Source: Clostridiales bacterium (GTDB lineage Bacteria > Bacillota > Clostridia > Oscillospirales > CAG-272). From it: 64,000 nt of DNA. Position numbers and translations under genes: made by a program. The notes under the pieces were generated by a model. It ran no database searches, was not told the DNA's origin, and was given only the letters and a program-made list of their open reading frames with translations. The DNA lies in the NCBI GenBank assembly GCA_022800625.1, contig JAAWQR010000001.1, forward strand, positions 83,736-147,735. The letters are read 5' to 3'. Each line of letters begins with the position of its first letter. Positions within the stretch are counted from its first letter, which is position 1. Below are positions 9,052 through 18,208 of this stretch, piece after piece.

Positions 9052-10386
9052 TCAGCAAGCGCCGTGTGCGAGCATTGCATCAACAACCTTTGCAAAGCCT
9101 GCAATATTAGCGCCTGCAACATAGTTGCCCTTCATGCCATACTCAGCAGAAGCATTATCGATGTTGTGATAGATGTTTGTCATGATACCTTTGAGCTTTT
9201 CGTCAACTTCTTCAAATGTCCAGCTGAGACGCTCGCTGTTCTGAGACATTTCAAGAGCACTTGTAGCAACTCCGCCTGCATTAGCAGCTTTACCGGGAAC
9301 AAAGAGAACTCCGTTTTCCTGGAGATACTTTGTAGCTTCGATCGACGTAGGCATATTAGCTCCCTCGCATACAGCTTTAACTCCGTTTGCAACGAGTGCC
9401 TTAGCGTCGTCGATAAGAAGCTCATTCTGAGTTGCGCACGGGAGAGCGACATCAGCCTTAACTGACCATACGCCGCGACCTTCGTGATACTCCGAATTCG
9501 GTCTGTACTTCTTATACTCTGAAAGTCTTGCGCGGTTAACTTCCTTGATTTCTTTAACAGCATCAAGGTCAATTCCCTCAGCGTCATAAATCCAACCTGT
9601 AGAGTCGCTGAGTGTTACAACTTTACCGCCGAGCTGCATAGCCTTTTCGGCAGCGTAAATCGCAACATTACCTGAGCCTGAGATAGTAACGGTCTTGCCA
9701 TCAAGTCCAAGACCGTTGCATTTCAGAAGCTCGTCTGTTATGTAAAGCAGACCGTAGCCTGTAGCCTGTGTACGAACGAGTGAACCGCCGTAAGAAAGTC
9801 CCTTGCCTGTGAGGACACCCTCGTACAGACCTTTAATGCGCTTGTACTGACCGAACATATATCCGATCTCACGTGCACCCGTTCCGATATCACCTGCCGG
9901 AACGTCTGTATCAGCGCCGATATACTTGCAAAGCTCTGTCATAAAGCTCTGGCAGAATGCCATAACTTCACGGTCGCTCTTTCCTTTGGGATCGAAGTCT
10001 GAGCCGCCCTTGCCTCCGCCGATAGGCAAACCTGTCAGAGAGTTCTTGAATACCTGCTCAAATCCGAGGAATTTGATGACGCTGAGATTTACAGAAGGAT
10101 GGAGACGAAGACCGCCCTTGTAAGGACCGATAGAGTTGTTGAACTGAACTCTGTAGCCTGTGTTTACACGGATTTTTCCGCTGTCATCAACCCACGGAAC
10201 GCGGAACTGAACCTGACGATCCGGCTCTGTGATTCTCTCAAGAATCGCTTCCTGCTCATAAAGCTTTTGATTTCTCTCGATAACGGGAGAGAGAGACTCA
10301 AAAACTTCGCTTACAGCCTGAAGGAATTCCGGCTGATAGGAATATTTTTTCTGTACCGATTCAAGTACGTTTTCTAAGTAACCCAT
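9052..10386 (-). CDS. gdhA: NADP-specific glutamate dehydrogenase
   Basis: 444 aa with the Glu/Leu/Phe/Val dehydrogenase active-site motif LPIGGGKGGSDFDPKGKS and the dinucleotide fold GSGNVAIYAAEK. Confidence 0.9.
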   Translation of the reverse strand: MGYLENVLESVQKKYSYQPEFLQAVSEVFESLSPVIERNQKLYEQEAILERITEPDRQVQFRVPWVDDSGKIRVNTGYRVQFNNSIGPYKGGLRLHPSVNLSVIKFLGFEQVFKNSLTGLPIGGGKGGSDFDPKGKSDREVMAFCQSFMTELCKYIGADTDVPAGDIGTGAREIGYMFGQYKRIKGLYEGVLTGKGLSYGGSLVRTQATGYGLLYITDELLKCNGLGLDGKTVTISGSGNVAIYAAEKAMQLGGKVVTLSDSTGWIYDAEGIDLDAVKEIKEVNRARLSEYKKYRPNSEYHEGRGVWSVKADVALPCATQNELLIDDAKALVANGVKAVCEGANMPTSIEATKYLQENGVLFVPGKAANAGGVATSALEMSQNSERLSWTFEEVDEKLKGIMTNIYHNIDNASAEYGMKGNYVAGANIAGFAKVVDAMLAHGAC

Positions 10387-10423
10387 ATTGTAGCACCTCT
10401 GCTTTATTGATTTAATCCACTAA

Positions 10424-10452
10424 ATTATATCACAAACGCTCCCTCTTGACAA
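10424..10452 (-). promoter_or_regulatory. Sigma-A-type promoter for gdhA
   Basis: The minus strand reads TTGTCA, a 17-nt spacer, then TGaTATAAT (extended -10). Confidence 0.55.
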
Positions 10453-10513
10453 GGGGTTTTGGAAAATTATCATAGATTTTGATGTATTTTTATTCAGCCA
10501 TGAGTATGAATAT

Positions 10514-10551
10514 AGATAAAAACAGTCAAAGCATGACACACGCTTTGACTG
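10514..10551 (-). terminator. Intrinsic terminator after the two membrane-protein genes
   Basis: Stem cagtcaaagc (10523-10532) / gctttgactg (10542-10551). A T-run follows on the minus strand and also on the plus strand. Confidence 0.75.
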
Positions 10552-10561
10552 CACTTTTTTA

Positions 10562-12025
10562 TTATAAAGCCGCATTGCCGTTTTCTCTGTTTGTGCCCCA
10601 ACCGTATATGATATCATACACGGTTCTTTTGATAAGTGAGAAAAATGAAATTATAGAAATTCCCCAGGCAATGTTTAAGCCTACTGATAAAATAATCGTC
10701 CATGAATAGATTCTGCCGAAAAGACCGAATGATGATTCAGGATCGGAAATTAGTGAACTTTCATATCCTGTCTTATAAAAAATCAGCGGAATTAAGAGAT
10801 ATATAACTATTGATACCGTCATCGTAATGAAAATCAAGCGCTGTCTTTTTTTGACGGTGATCTCATCCAAGCTTACAGAAGATTCACAGTTTACTCTTTC
10901 ACTCTTTTCAGAGGAAATCTGTGAAAAAGAAGCGGCATCCTGCTTAAAAATCCCAAACATAAGGAATGTAATAACGGTTACGGATAATAAAAGCATAATA
11001 TATTGCAGGATATATATAAAAGATATCGAAATATAAGAAGCCTTTGCCTCCTCAAAGAAAAATATATCCTGAATATTTGAAATTTCAGAGTAAAAGCTAT
11101 GTTTTTTGAACATATACAGAATCGAAAGCGCTGCAAGCATTACAGATGAAAACAGAGAAATATATGCTTTCCTGTTACGGCTGATAATTAAAATTGAAGC
11201 AATGGCTATAAATAACGAAGGCAGAATCAAGGGAACGCTTATCATTCCGTTCGGAGACGGATTTATGCAAAGAAATACTGCTGCAGTAAATGTCGGCATT
11301 ACGGCTCTCATGCGTGATGCTGTATAATAATTTTTATTGGTGTCAAGGAATTTCCGATAGCTGGCCGACAGAGCTGATGTAAAATCTTTGTCCTTTGCGA
11401 CAGATCTGAAGAAACCGATAACTCTGATTGCATATACAACGGCAAACGGAATAAGAAAGACAACAGCAAAAAGATAGAAAAGTACCTTGAACTCTGTATA
11501 GTTCAGATATCTTCCTCCGACATAACCGAAGCTGTCATATAACTGAAGCTCACTCAGCTCAGGCAATACAGATAATACCGTTCGGAGGACGAAAAAAACG
11601 AGGATAGTTTTCTTTATTTTTGTGCTGACGTCTTTTTTATTACTTATATTTTTTGATTTATTATAGGTTGCAAGCACAGCTTTTGAAGAATTCATAATTC
11701 CCAAATGGTCTATTCCGATGAAAAGCGACCGTAAGGATACAGCGAACAATAATACTTCTGCCGCGCCGAAAACAAACGCAAGCAAAAGATATCTTGTGGT
11801 ATCACGTGAAGAAATAAATGCAATTGACATCATTTTTGCAACTTCAACAAGTGATAAAATGAAGAAATTTTTTCGTGCATTTTTTATATCTTCATTCAGT
11901 ACGGATAGCTTGCGAAGTCCTATACAAATTATCCACAAGCCTATAAAATCCGGCAGTACGTCAAATATATTGATGTTTGGATTTATAAAGAAAATAAAGC
12001 CTATTGCTAAAAGACCGAATCCCAT
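10562..12025 (-). CDS. Polytopic membrane protein of unknown function, the larger paralogue of the upstream gene
   Basis: 487 aa and highly hydrophobic. The N-terminus MGFGLLAIGFIFF...DFIGLWIICIGLRKLS aligns with the neighbour. RBS GGCGGTGA lies 6 nt before the ATG, which is 30 nt after the upstream stop. Confidence 0.6.
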   Translation of the reverse strand: MGFGLLAIGFIFFINPNINIFDVLPDFIGLWIICIGLRKLSVLNEDIKNARKNFFILSLVEVAKMMSIAFISSRDTTRYLLLAFVFGAAEVLLFAVSLRSLFIGIDHLGIMNSSKAVLATYNKSKNISNKKDVSTKIKKTILVFFVLRTVLSVLPELSELQLYDSFGYVGGRYLNYTEFKVLFYLFAVVFLIPFAVVYAIRVIGFFRSVAKDKDFTSALSASYRKFLDTNKNYYTASRMRAVMPTFTAAVFLCINPSPNGMISVPLILPSLFIAIASILIISRNRKAYISLFSSVMLAALSILYMFKKHSFYSEISNIQDIFFFEEAKASYISISFIYILQYIMLLLSVTVITFLMFGIFKQDAASFSQISSEKSERVNCESSVSLDEITVKKRQRLIFITMTVSIVIYLLIPLIFYKTGYESSLISDPESSFGLFGRIYSWTIILSVGLNIAWGISIISFFSLIKRTVYDIIYGWGTNRENGNAAL

Positions 12026-12055
12026 GAATTTTCACCGCCTTTACAGATATCTCTG

Positions 12056-12802
12056 TCATCGCTTCCCTTTTTTCTTGCTTTTGGATTTATTTTTTCTTTC
12101 CAAGGAAGCCTTTTCATTCTGACGCGTTTTCCTTACAAGTTCGCTGTTTTCTTCAAATGCTTTCTTCTGCGAATTATAAAATTTAAGTCTAATACTGTTT
12201 ATAAGCTTGTTGCGTGATTCTTTAAATTCAGGCATAACCGCATTCGGATCTTCCGTGCCCTGAATATAAAGTCTTGCATACGCGCTGTGCAGGACAAGCA
12301 GATTTAGTATTATACAAGCGACTCCGTAAAAATACATCAGCAGATTCAAAAAATAATTCAAGCTGCTGTTGCCGAAAGCGGCAATAAACTCCGAAAGCAG
12401 AGAAAAGAGAATATAGAAGACATAATATACAGTAACTGTTCCCATACTCCATCTTGCTTTTTTTACAAGTTTTTCATCTCCTGCGCCCTGAGCCATTTTC
12501 ATAAGAGCCGAAAGCATATATATATGCAGTAAAAGGATCGTTCCTGTTCTAACAGTTGATATAACCGTAAAGAAAAGAGAGCCGGAATCTCCGATTAAAG
12601 CAGTAACTGCGCAGAAAAGCGACATTACGGTAAAAGCCATAGAAGAATATACAGAATTTTTAAACTCATTACCGTATGATGAAAGTTTATAAAGCGCGTA
12701 TGTCATTATAAGCCCGCCTATAATGTCTGCAAAAAAATACATTTTGGCAAGAGCAGTTGCAAACGAAAGAAAATACCCTATCAAAAGAATTCCGAATCCC
12801 AT
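12056..12802 (-). CDS. Polytopic membrane protein (about 6 TM) with a Lys-rich cytoplasmic tail, unknown function
   Basis: 248 aa. The N-terminus is MGFGILLIGYFLSF...DIIGGLIMTYALYKLS. The C-terminus is RKTRQNEKASLERKNKSKSKKKGKR. Confidence 0.6.
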   Translation of the reverse strand: MGFGILLIGYFLSFATALAKMYFFADIIGGLIMTYALYKLSSYGNEFKNSVYSSMAFTVMSLFCAVTALIGDSGSLFFTVISTVRTGTILLLHIYMLSALMKMAQGAGDEKLVKKARWSMGTVTVYYVFYILFSLLSEFIAAFGNSSLNYFLNLLMYFYGVACIILNLLVLHSAYARLYIQGTEDPNAVMPEFKESRNKLINSIRLKFYNSQKKAFEENSELVRKTRQNEKASLERKNKSKSKKKGKR

Positions 12803-12831
12803 GAAAAATAACCATGCCTTTATTTTAATAT

Positions 12832-12862
12832 GTGCTTTGCACTACTGTAGTAATGCAAAGCA
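12832..12862 (-). terminator. Strong stem-loop just 3' of the secA stop; it lacks a U-tract, so it may be a partial terminator, stabiliser or processing site
   Basis: 10-bp perfect stem gtgctttgca (12832-12841) / tgcaaagcac (12853-12862). On the minus strand it is followed by atattaaaat. Confidence 0.3.
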
Positions 12863-12874
12863 CAAGAATCTAAA

Positions 12875-15658
12875 TTATTCCTCTCCGTCATCAGGGAGAT
12901 TTGCACCGCAGCATTTTTTATATTTCTTGCCGCTTCCGCAAGGACAGGGATCGTTGCGTCCGACCTTGGGATTTTTATTTACAACAGGCTTTTTCGGAGC
13001 AGGCTCTGCGTTTGATTCGCCTCCTGCAAATCCCTCGGATACGGGTTTTGCAACCTCAACTCGCTTCATAGCATTTCTCGGCATTGCAGAAAGTACCATT
13101 CTGACTGTATCGTCGCGAATGTTAAGTATCATCTCATCAAAGAAATCGGCAGCTGCAAGTCTGTATTCCGAGATTGGATTCCTCTGCGCATATGCCTGAA
13201 GTCCTATAGTTTCCATAACGGAATCCATAGCTTCAAGATGATCCATCCACTTACGGTCAACATTTATGAGCAGTGCAACTCTTTCGAGTTCACGCATCTG
13301 TGCTTCGCCAAACATTACCTTTTCTTTGTATTCATAAAGTGTCATGGCGCGCTTGTCGAGTGTTTCTCTGATCTTCTCGCGAAGCTCTGCTGCATCTCCG
13401 TCAAGATCGGTAAAGTCGTCTGCGTTGCACAGAAGTCCCTGATAACGTGCTCTGAGTCCGTCGATATCCCAATTTTCAATAGATTCGTCATGAAGCATAT
13501 TTGAAACAGCGTCGGATATTGTTTCGTGAATCATTGAAATAATTTTTTCCTTCAGATCGCTGTTTTCAAGAACCTCAGTCCTTTGAGCATAGATAAGCTT
13601 TCTCTGCTGATTCATAACATCGTCGTAAGAGAGAACGTTCTTACGTCTGTTAAAGTTTTGATCCTCAAGACGCTTCTGTGCATTTTCTATCTGATTTGAG
13701 AGTATTTTTGCGTCGATCGGCTGATCTTCTTCAAGACCGAGTCTGTCAACGATTCCGAGAATTCTGTCAGTTCCGAAGAGACGCATAAGATCATCTTCAA
13801 AAGAAAGGAAGAATCTTGATTCACCCGGGTCTCCCTGACGTCCGCTTCGTCCGCGAAGCTGATTATCAATACGTCTTGATTCATGACGCTCTGTACCTAT
13901 AACGAACAGTCCGCCTGCTTCACATACCTTTTCGGCTTCAGGCTTTATTACTTCCTGATACTTTTTGTAAAGCTCACGGTAATGATGTCTGGCTTCAATG
14001 ATATCTTCGTCAACAGATTCCGAATATCCCGTAGCAAGCGCTATAACATTTTCTTCATAGCCTTCCTTACGCATCTGAGCCTTTGCAAGATATTCTGCGT
14101 TACCGCCGAGAAGAATGTCGGTACCGCGTCCCGCCATATTTGTTGAAATCGTTACAGCTCCGAGACGACCTGCCTGAGCTACGATGTCAGCTTCTTTTTC
14201 GTGATATTTAGCGTTAAGAACAGTGTGTTTTATTCCTGCTCTCTTGAGTTTTGCCGAAAGAGCCTCGGATTTTTCAATGGAAACTGTACCGACAAGAACC
14301 GGCTGTCCTTTTTCATGGCACTTCTTGATCTGTTCTATTATTGCATTGTCCTTGCCATTTTTAGTCTTATAAACCACATCAGGATGGTCAATACGAATCA
14401 TCGGCTTATTGGTGGGAACTTCCACAACGTCAAGATTGTATATTTCACGGAATTCGTTTTCCTCGGAAAGAGCCGTACCCGTCATACCCGAAAGCTTATT
14501 ATACATTCTGAAATAGTTCTGGAAGGTTACTGTTGCAATAGTGCGGTTTTCTTTTTGAATTATTACATTTTCTTTAGCTTCGATAGCCTGATGAAGTCCG
14601 TCAGAATAACGTCTTCCGGGCATGATTCGTCCGGTAAAGGTATCTACAATAAGAACCTCGTTATCTTTTACAACGTAGTCGATATCGCGCTTCATTATAC
14701 CGTGCGCTTTAATTGCCTGATAAATGTGGTGGGAAATATTTGCGTTAGAAGGATCGGAAAGATTTTCAATATTAAAGAATTTTTCCGCCTTTGCAATACC
14801 TGACGGGGTAAGAGTTGTATTTTTTGCTTTTTCATCAACGATATAGTCTTCCTTGATATCGTCATGATCTTCTTTGTTGTCAAGCTCTTTAATTACATAG
14901 CAAGACAGTGTTCTTGCAAAGCGTTCCGCCATTTCATAAAGCGGGTCTACATCACTGCCCTGTCCCGAGATTATAAGAGGGGTACGAGCTTCATCTATAA
15001 GAATTGAGTCAACTTCGTCAACGATAGCAAAATTATGACCTCTCTGAACACGCTGTTCTTTATATGTTACCATATTGTCGCGGAGATAATCGAATCCGAA
15101 TTCGTTATTTGTTCCGTATGTTATATCGCAATTGTACGCATGTTGTTTTTCTTCTTTTGTTTCGTCGTGAACAACAAGCCCTGTTGTAAGTCCCAAAAAT
15201 TCATGAACCCGTCCCATTTCTTCACAGCCGAGTCTTGCAAGATAGTCGTTGACCGTGATGATATGAACGCCTTTTCCGCTTAAAGCGTTAAGATATGAAG
15301 GAAGAACGGCAACGAGTGTTTTACCTTCACCCGTTTTCATTTCGGCTATACGTCCCTGATGAAGAAGAATTCCGCAAATAACCTGCACGTCAAAAGGTCT
15401 TTTGCCGAGAACTCTGTCTGCCGCCTCTCTTGCAACGGCATACGCGTCGCAGAGAATATCGTCAAGCGTTTCTCCTGCAGCAAGACGCTCCTTCAGCTTT
15501 CCTGTCATAGCCGAGAGTTCGCTGTCAGTCATCTCCTTGTAATGAGGTGCAAGCTCATTTATCTTTTTTAGCGTAGGCATTATTTTTTTTACTTGCCTAT
15601 CACTGTATGACCCGATTATTTTTGTAAGTATACTCATGATTACCGTGAACAGCCGCAT
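12875..15658 (-). CDS. secA: Preprotein translocase ATPase SecA
   Basis: 927 aa with Walker A MKTGEGKT, the DEAD-like motif [19 protein letters not shown], and the C-terminal zinc finger [14 protein letters not shown]. Confidence 0.95.
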   Translation of the reverse strand: MRLFTVIMSILTKIIGSYSDRQVKKIMPTLKKINELAPHYKEMTDSELSAMTGKLKERLAAGETLDDILCDAYAVAREAADRVLGKRPFDVQVICGILLHQGRIAEMKTGEGKTLVAVLPSYLNALSGKGVHIITVNDYLARLGCEEMGRVHEFLGLTTGLVVHDETKEEKQHAYNCDITYGTNNEFGFDYLRDNMVTYKEQRVQRGHNFAIVDEVDSILIDEARTPLIISGQGSDVDPLYEMAERFARTLSCYVIKELDNKEDHDDIKEDYIVDEKAKNTTLTPSGIAKAEKFFNIENLSDPSNANISHHIYQAIKAHGIMKRDIDYVVKDNEVLIVDTFTGRIMPGRRYSDGLHQAIEAKENVIIQKENRTIATVTFQNYFRMYNKLSGMTGTALSEENEFREIYNLDVVEVPTNKPMIRIDHPDVVYKTKNGKDNAIIEQIKKCHEKGQPVLVGTVSIEKSEALSAKLKRAGIKHTVLNAKYHEKEADIVAQAGRLGAVTISTNMAGRGTDILLGGNAEYLAKAQMRKEGYEENVIALATGYSESVDEDIIEARHHYRELYKKYQEVIKPEAEKVCEAGGLFVIGTERHESRRIDNQLRGRSGRQGDPGESRFFLSFEDDLMRLFGTDRILGIVDRLGLEEDQPIDAKILSNQIENAQKRLEDQNFNRRKNVLSYDDVMNQQRKLIYAQRTEVLENSDLKEKIISMIHETISDAVSNMLHDESIENWDIDGLRARYQGLLCNADDFTDLDGDAAELREKIRETLDKRAMTLYEYKEKVMFGEAQMRELERVALLINVDRKWMDHLEAMDSVMETIGLQAYAQRNPISEYRLAAADFFDEMILNIRDDTVRMVLSAMPRNAMKRVEVAKPVSEGFAGGESNAEPAPKKPVVNKNPKVGRNDPCPCGSGKKYKKCCGANLPDDGEE

Positions 15659-15824
15659 TTGCAGCCGCTCTTCCCTTTCTCAAAAAGAAAATATATAGCG
15701 AAAGATAAAAATATCCATCGTAATCTAATAAATAATATTATACAGCAAATCCGTTCAAAAATAAAGATAGATTTGTAAATTTCTCAAAATTTATTCCGAT
15801 TTATGTATGATTTAAAGTCATGGC

Positions 15825-15853
15825 TTGAAAGAAACGCATATTTGAGTTATAAT
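15825..15853 (+). promoter_or_regulatory. Sigma-A-type promoter for trmL
   Basis: TTGAAA (15825-15830), a 17-nt spacer, then TATAAT (15848-15853). Confidence 0.5.
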
Positions 15854-15930
15854 TAATATAAAAGTTTATGCACATATACTAATACAGTTATACAAAGCTG
15901 AAACGTGAATCTTAAATAAGGAAAAGTCCG

Positions 15931-16437
15931 ATGAAAAACATAAATATAGTACTACATGAACCCGAAATACCTCAGAATACAGGCAACATTGCAAGGACAT
16001 GCGCCGCCACAGGCGCGGCTCTTCATATCATTGAACCTATGGGATTTAAAATTGATGATAAAAAGCTGAAACGTGCAGGTTTGGATTACTGGCACAGTCT
16101 TGACATTACATGTTACAAAAGCTTAGAGGATTTTTTTGAAAAGAATCCGAATGCCGATTTCTACTGCTTTTCAACCAAAGCTCCGCGCGCTTATACCGAA
16201 ATCGTTTATCCCTATCCAGTATTTCTTTTTTTCGGCAAGGAAACGCGCGGACTGCCCGAAGATTTTTTAAGCAGTAATTATGAAAGATGTGTCAGAATAC
16301 CGATGCGCGAAAATCTGCGCAGTCTTAATTTGTCAAACTCCGCCGCTATCGGCGTATATGAAGTGCTCAGGCAGCATGGGTTTGATGAACAGCAAACAGC
16401 AAGCTCGGTGCTTGACGATATTGTCTCCACTAAATAA
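15931..16437 (+). CDS. trmL: tRNA (cytidine/uridine-34 2'-O)-methyltransferase TrmL (SpoU family)
   Basis: 168 aa with IVLHEPEIPQNTGNIARTCAATG...FLFFGKETRGLP...SLNLSNSAAIGVYEVLRQ. Confidence 0.85.
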   Translation: MKNINIVLHEPEIPQNTGNIARTCAATGAALHIIEPMGFKIDDKKLKRAGLDYWHSLDITCYKSLEDFFEKNPNADFYCFSTKAPRAYTEIVYPYPVFLFFGKETRGLPEDFLSSNYERCVRIPMRENLRSLNLSNSAAIGVYEVLRQHGFDEQQTASSVLDDIVSTK

Positions 16438-17968
16438 GCGGCGCCATCAGAGCAAGCACGGATCTCACAGCACTGCGCACAACACCGACCTTGCAGTCCT
16501 CTTCGCTTATTTCATGGCACTGTGTCAGTGTTTCTTCATAATCTGACTTTACGTCGAAAATTGCAGGTGAATCATACATCCATACACCGCATTCAAAATG
16601 AAGATACAGACTTCTGAAATCTAAGTTTACAGACCCTACGGTTGCATATTTATCGTCGCAGATGAATGTTTTTGCATGGATAAAGCCCGGAGAATATTCG
16701 TATATTTTAACTCCTGCCTCAATAAGTCCTTTATATGTTGACTTCGTTGCTTCGTAAACTATACGCTTATCGGGTGTACCGGGCGTTATGATGCGTACAT
16801 CAACTCCGCTTTGTGCCGCAGTACAGAGCGCCTGTTCCATGGTATAGTCGATTATCAGGTACGGGGTTGTGATCCATACATATTTTTTTGCGGAGTAAAG
16901 CATATTCAGGTATATGGTTTCTCCGACAGGACGGTTATCCATAGGATTATCGGTATAAGGCTGAACGATTCCGAGTGAATTCTTTTTTGTTTTTCCGAGA
17001 GTATCCGGCAGATATTTTGAATAATCTTCTTTTTCGGAATCTTCTTTATCGAGAGTATCCCACATAGCAAGAAACATAACCGTCATGCTCCATGCTGCGT
17101 CTCCCTCAAGCATAAGAGCGTTATCTTTCCAATAACCGTAACGCTCTATTTTATTTATATATTCGTCGGCAATATTAACTCCTCCGGTGAATGCAATTTT
17201 TCCGTCTACAGCGCATATTTTTCTGTGATTTCTGTTATTAAGTCTTGCGGAAAGAACAGGAATAAATCTATTAAACACATGGCACCTGATACCTTCGCTT
17301 TCAAGAAAACGGTTAAAGCCTGTATCAAGGTGATTTATACAGCCCATGTCGTCATAGATTATGCGAACGTCAACTCCTCTTGCAGCTTTGTCAAGAAGAA
17401 TTTCATGAATCTTGTCCCACATTTCGCCGCGGTCAATTATAAAATATTCGAGGAAAATATATTTTTCGGCTTTCTTCAGTTCTTCAAGCATTACGGGAAA
17501 GAATTCCTCTCCTGAAGCAAAATAAGTTATATCAGTATTCTGATAAGGAGGGCAGCTTGCGGAATTTGTAATATAATCCGACTGCTTTTTTGCCGACAGA
17601 TCCGTAAAATTATCAGAAATATGTTTTGTATATTCAGGAGCCGATGTCAACGGAGCATGGTTCATACCCTCCATTTGACGAATTTTTTTCGGAGAAAGTT
17701 TATTGCCCTTAAAAATTATATATACAGCAACACCGAACGGAGGAAGAATGAGTACAAGTATGATCCATGCCATCTTATAACTCGGATTATCTCTTTTGGA
17801 AACGATTCGGCAAACCACAACTATGCTGAGCAAAGATGCCAGCGTATAATATAATGCAAAATACTCAAAAAAAACAAACATTGACAGCGCGATTATCACA
17901 AACTGAGCCAAAATCAACAGCGCAACTATCACGACACGGCTCATAAAGAATTTTAAAAGTCGTTTCAC
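16430..17968 (-). CDS. cls: Cardiolipin synthase
   Basis: 512 aa with N-terminal TM helices and two HKD motifs (HRKICAVDG and HAKTFICDD). Confidence 0.9.
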   Translation of the reverse strand: MKRLLKFFMSRVVIVALLILAQFVIIALSMFVFFEYFALYYTLASLLSIVVVCRIVSKRDNPSYKMAWIILVLILPPFGVAVYIIFKGNKLSPKKIRQMEGMNHAPLTSAPEYTKHISDNFTDLSAKKQSDYITNSASCPPYQNTDITYFASGEEFFPVMLEELKKAEKYIFLEYFIIDRGEMWDKIHEILLDKAARGVDVRIIYDDMGCINHLDTGFNRFLESEGIRCHVFNRFIPVLSARLNNRNHRKICAVDGKIAFTGGVNIADEYINKIERYGYWKDNALMLEGDAAWSMTVMFLAMWDTLDKEDSEKEDYSKYLPDTLGKTKKNSLGIVQPYTDNPMDNRPVGETIYLNMLYSAKKYVWITTPYLIIDYTMEQALCTAAQSGVDVRIITPGTPDKRIVYEATKSTYKGLIEAGVKIYEYSPGFIHAKTFICDDKYATVGSVNLDFRSLYLHFECGVWMYDSPAIFDVKSDYEETLTQCHEISEEDCKVGVVRSAVRSVLALMAPLI

Positions 17969-18208
17969 TTTGATCCTCCGAGATAAAATCTAAATTAAGT
18001 AACACAAATATGATACAATAAATCGACACAAAAATCAATAAAACAAAAAAATTATTTCAAAAAATCTAATTATCAGAGATTATACAAATTTCTATGGTAT
18101 AATTATAAAGAATAATAAATTCACGGGTATCAGCATAAAAACTGCCTGATTTGCAGTGATATCAAAATAAATCCTGCAGGATCCAGTATATTGAAAGGTA
18201 TAAATCAA

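Noticed and set aside
10479-10709. 76-aa plus-strand ORF spanning the gdhA/membrane-gene intergenic region
   Set aside because: It runs through a bidirectional terminator hairpin and into the antisense of the 487-aa membrane gene, and it has no RBS.
17969-18190. Possible regulatory RNA in the AT-rich cls/polA divergent region
   Set aside because: It contains only a plausible extended -10 (TGgTATAAT, around 18102-18110) and A/T runs, with no conserved structured-RNA motif that I recognise.
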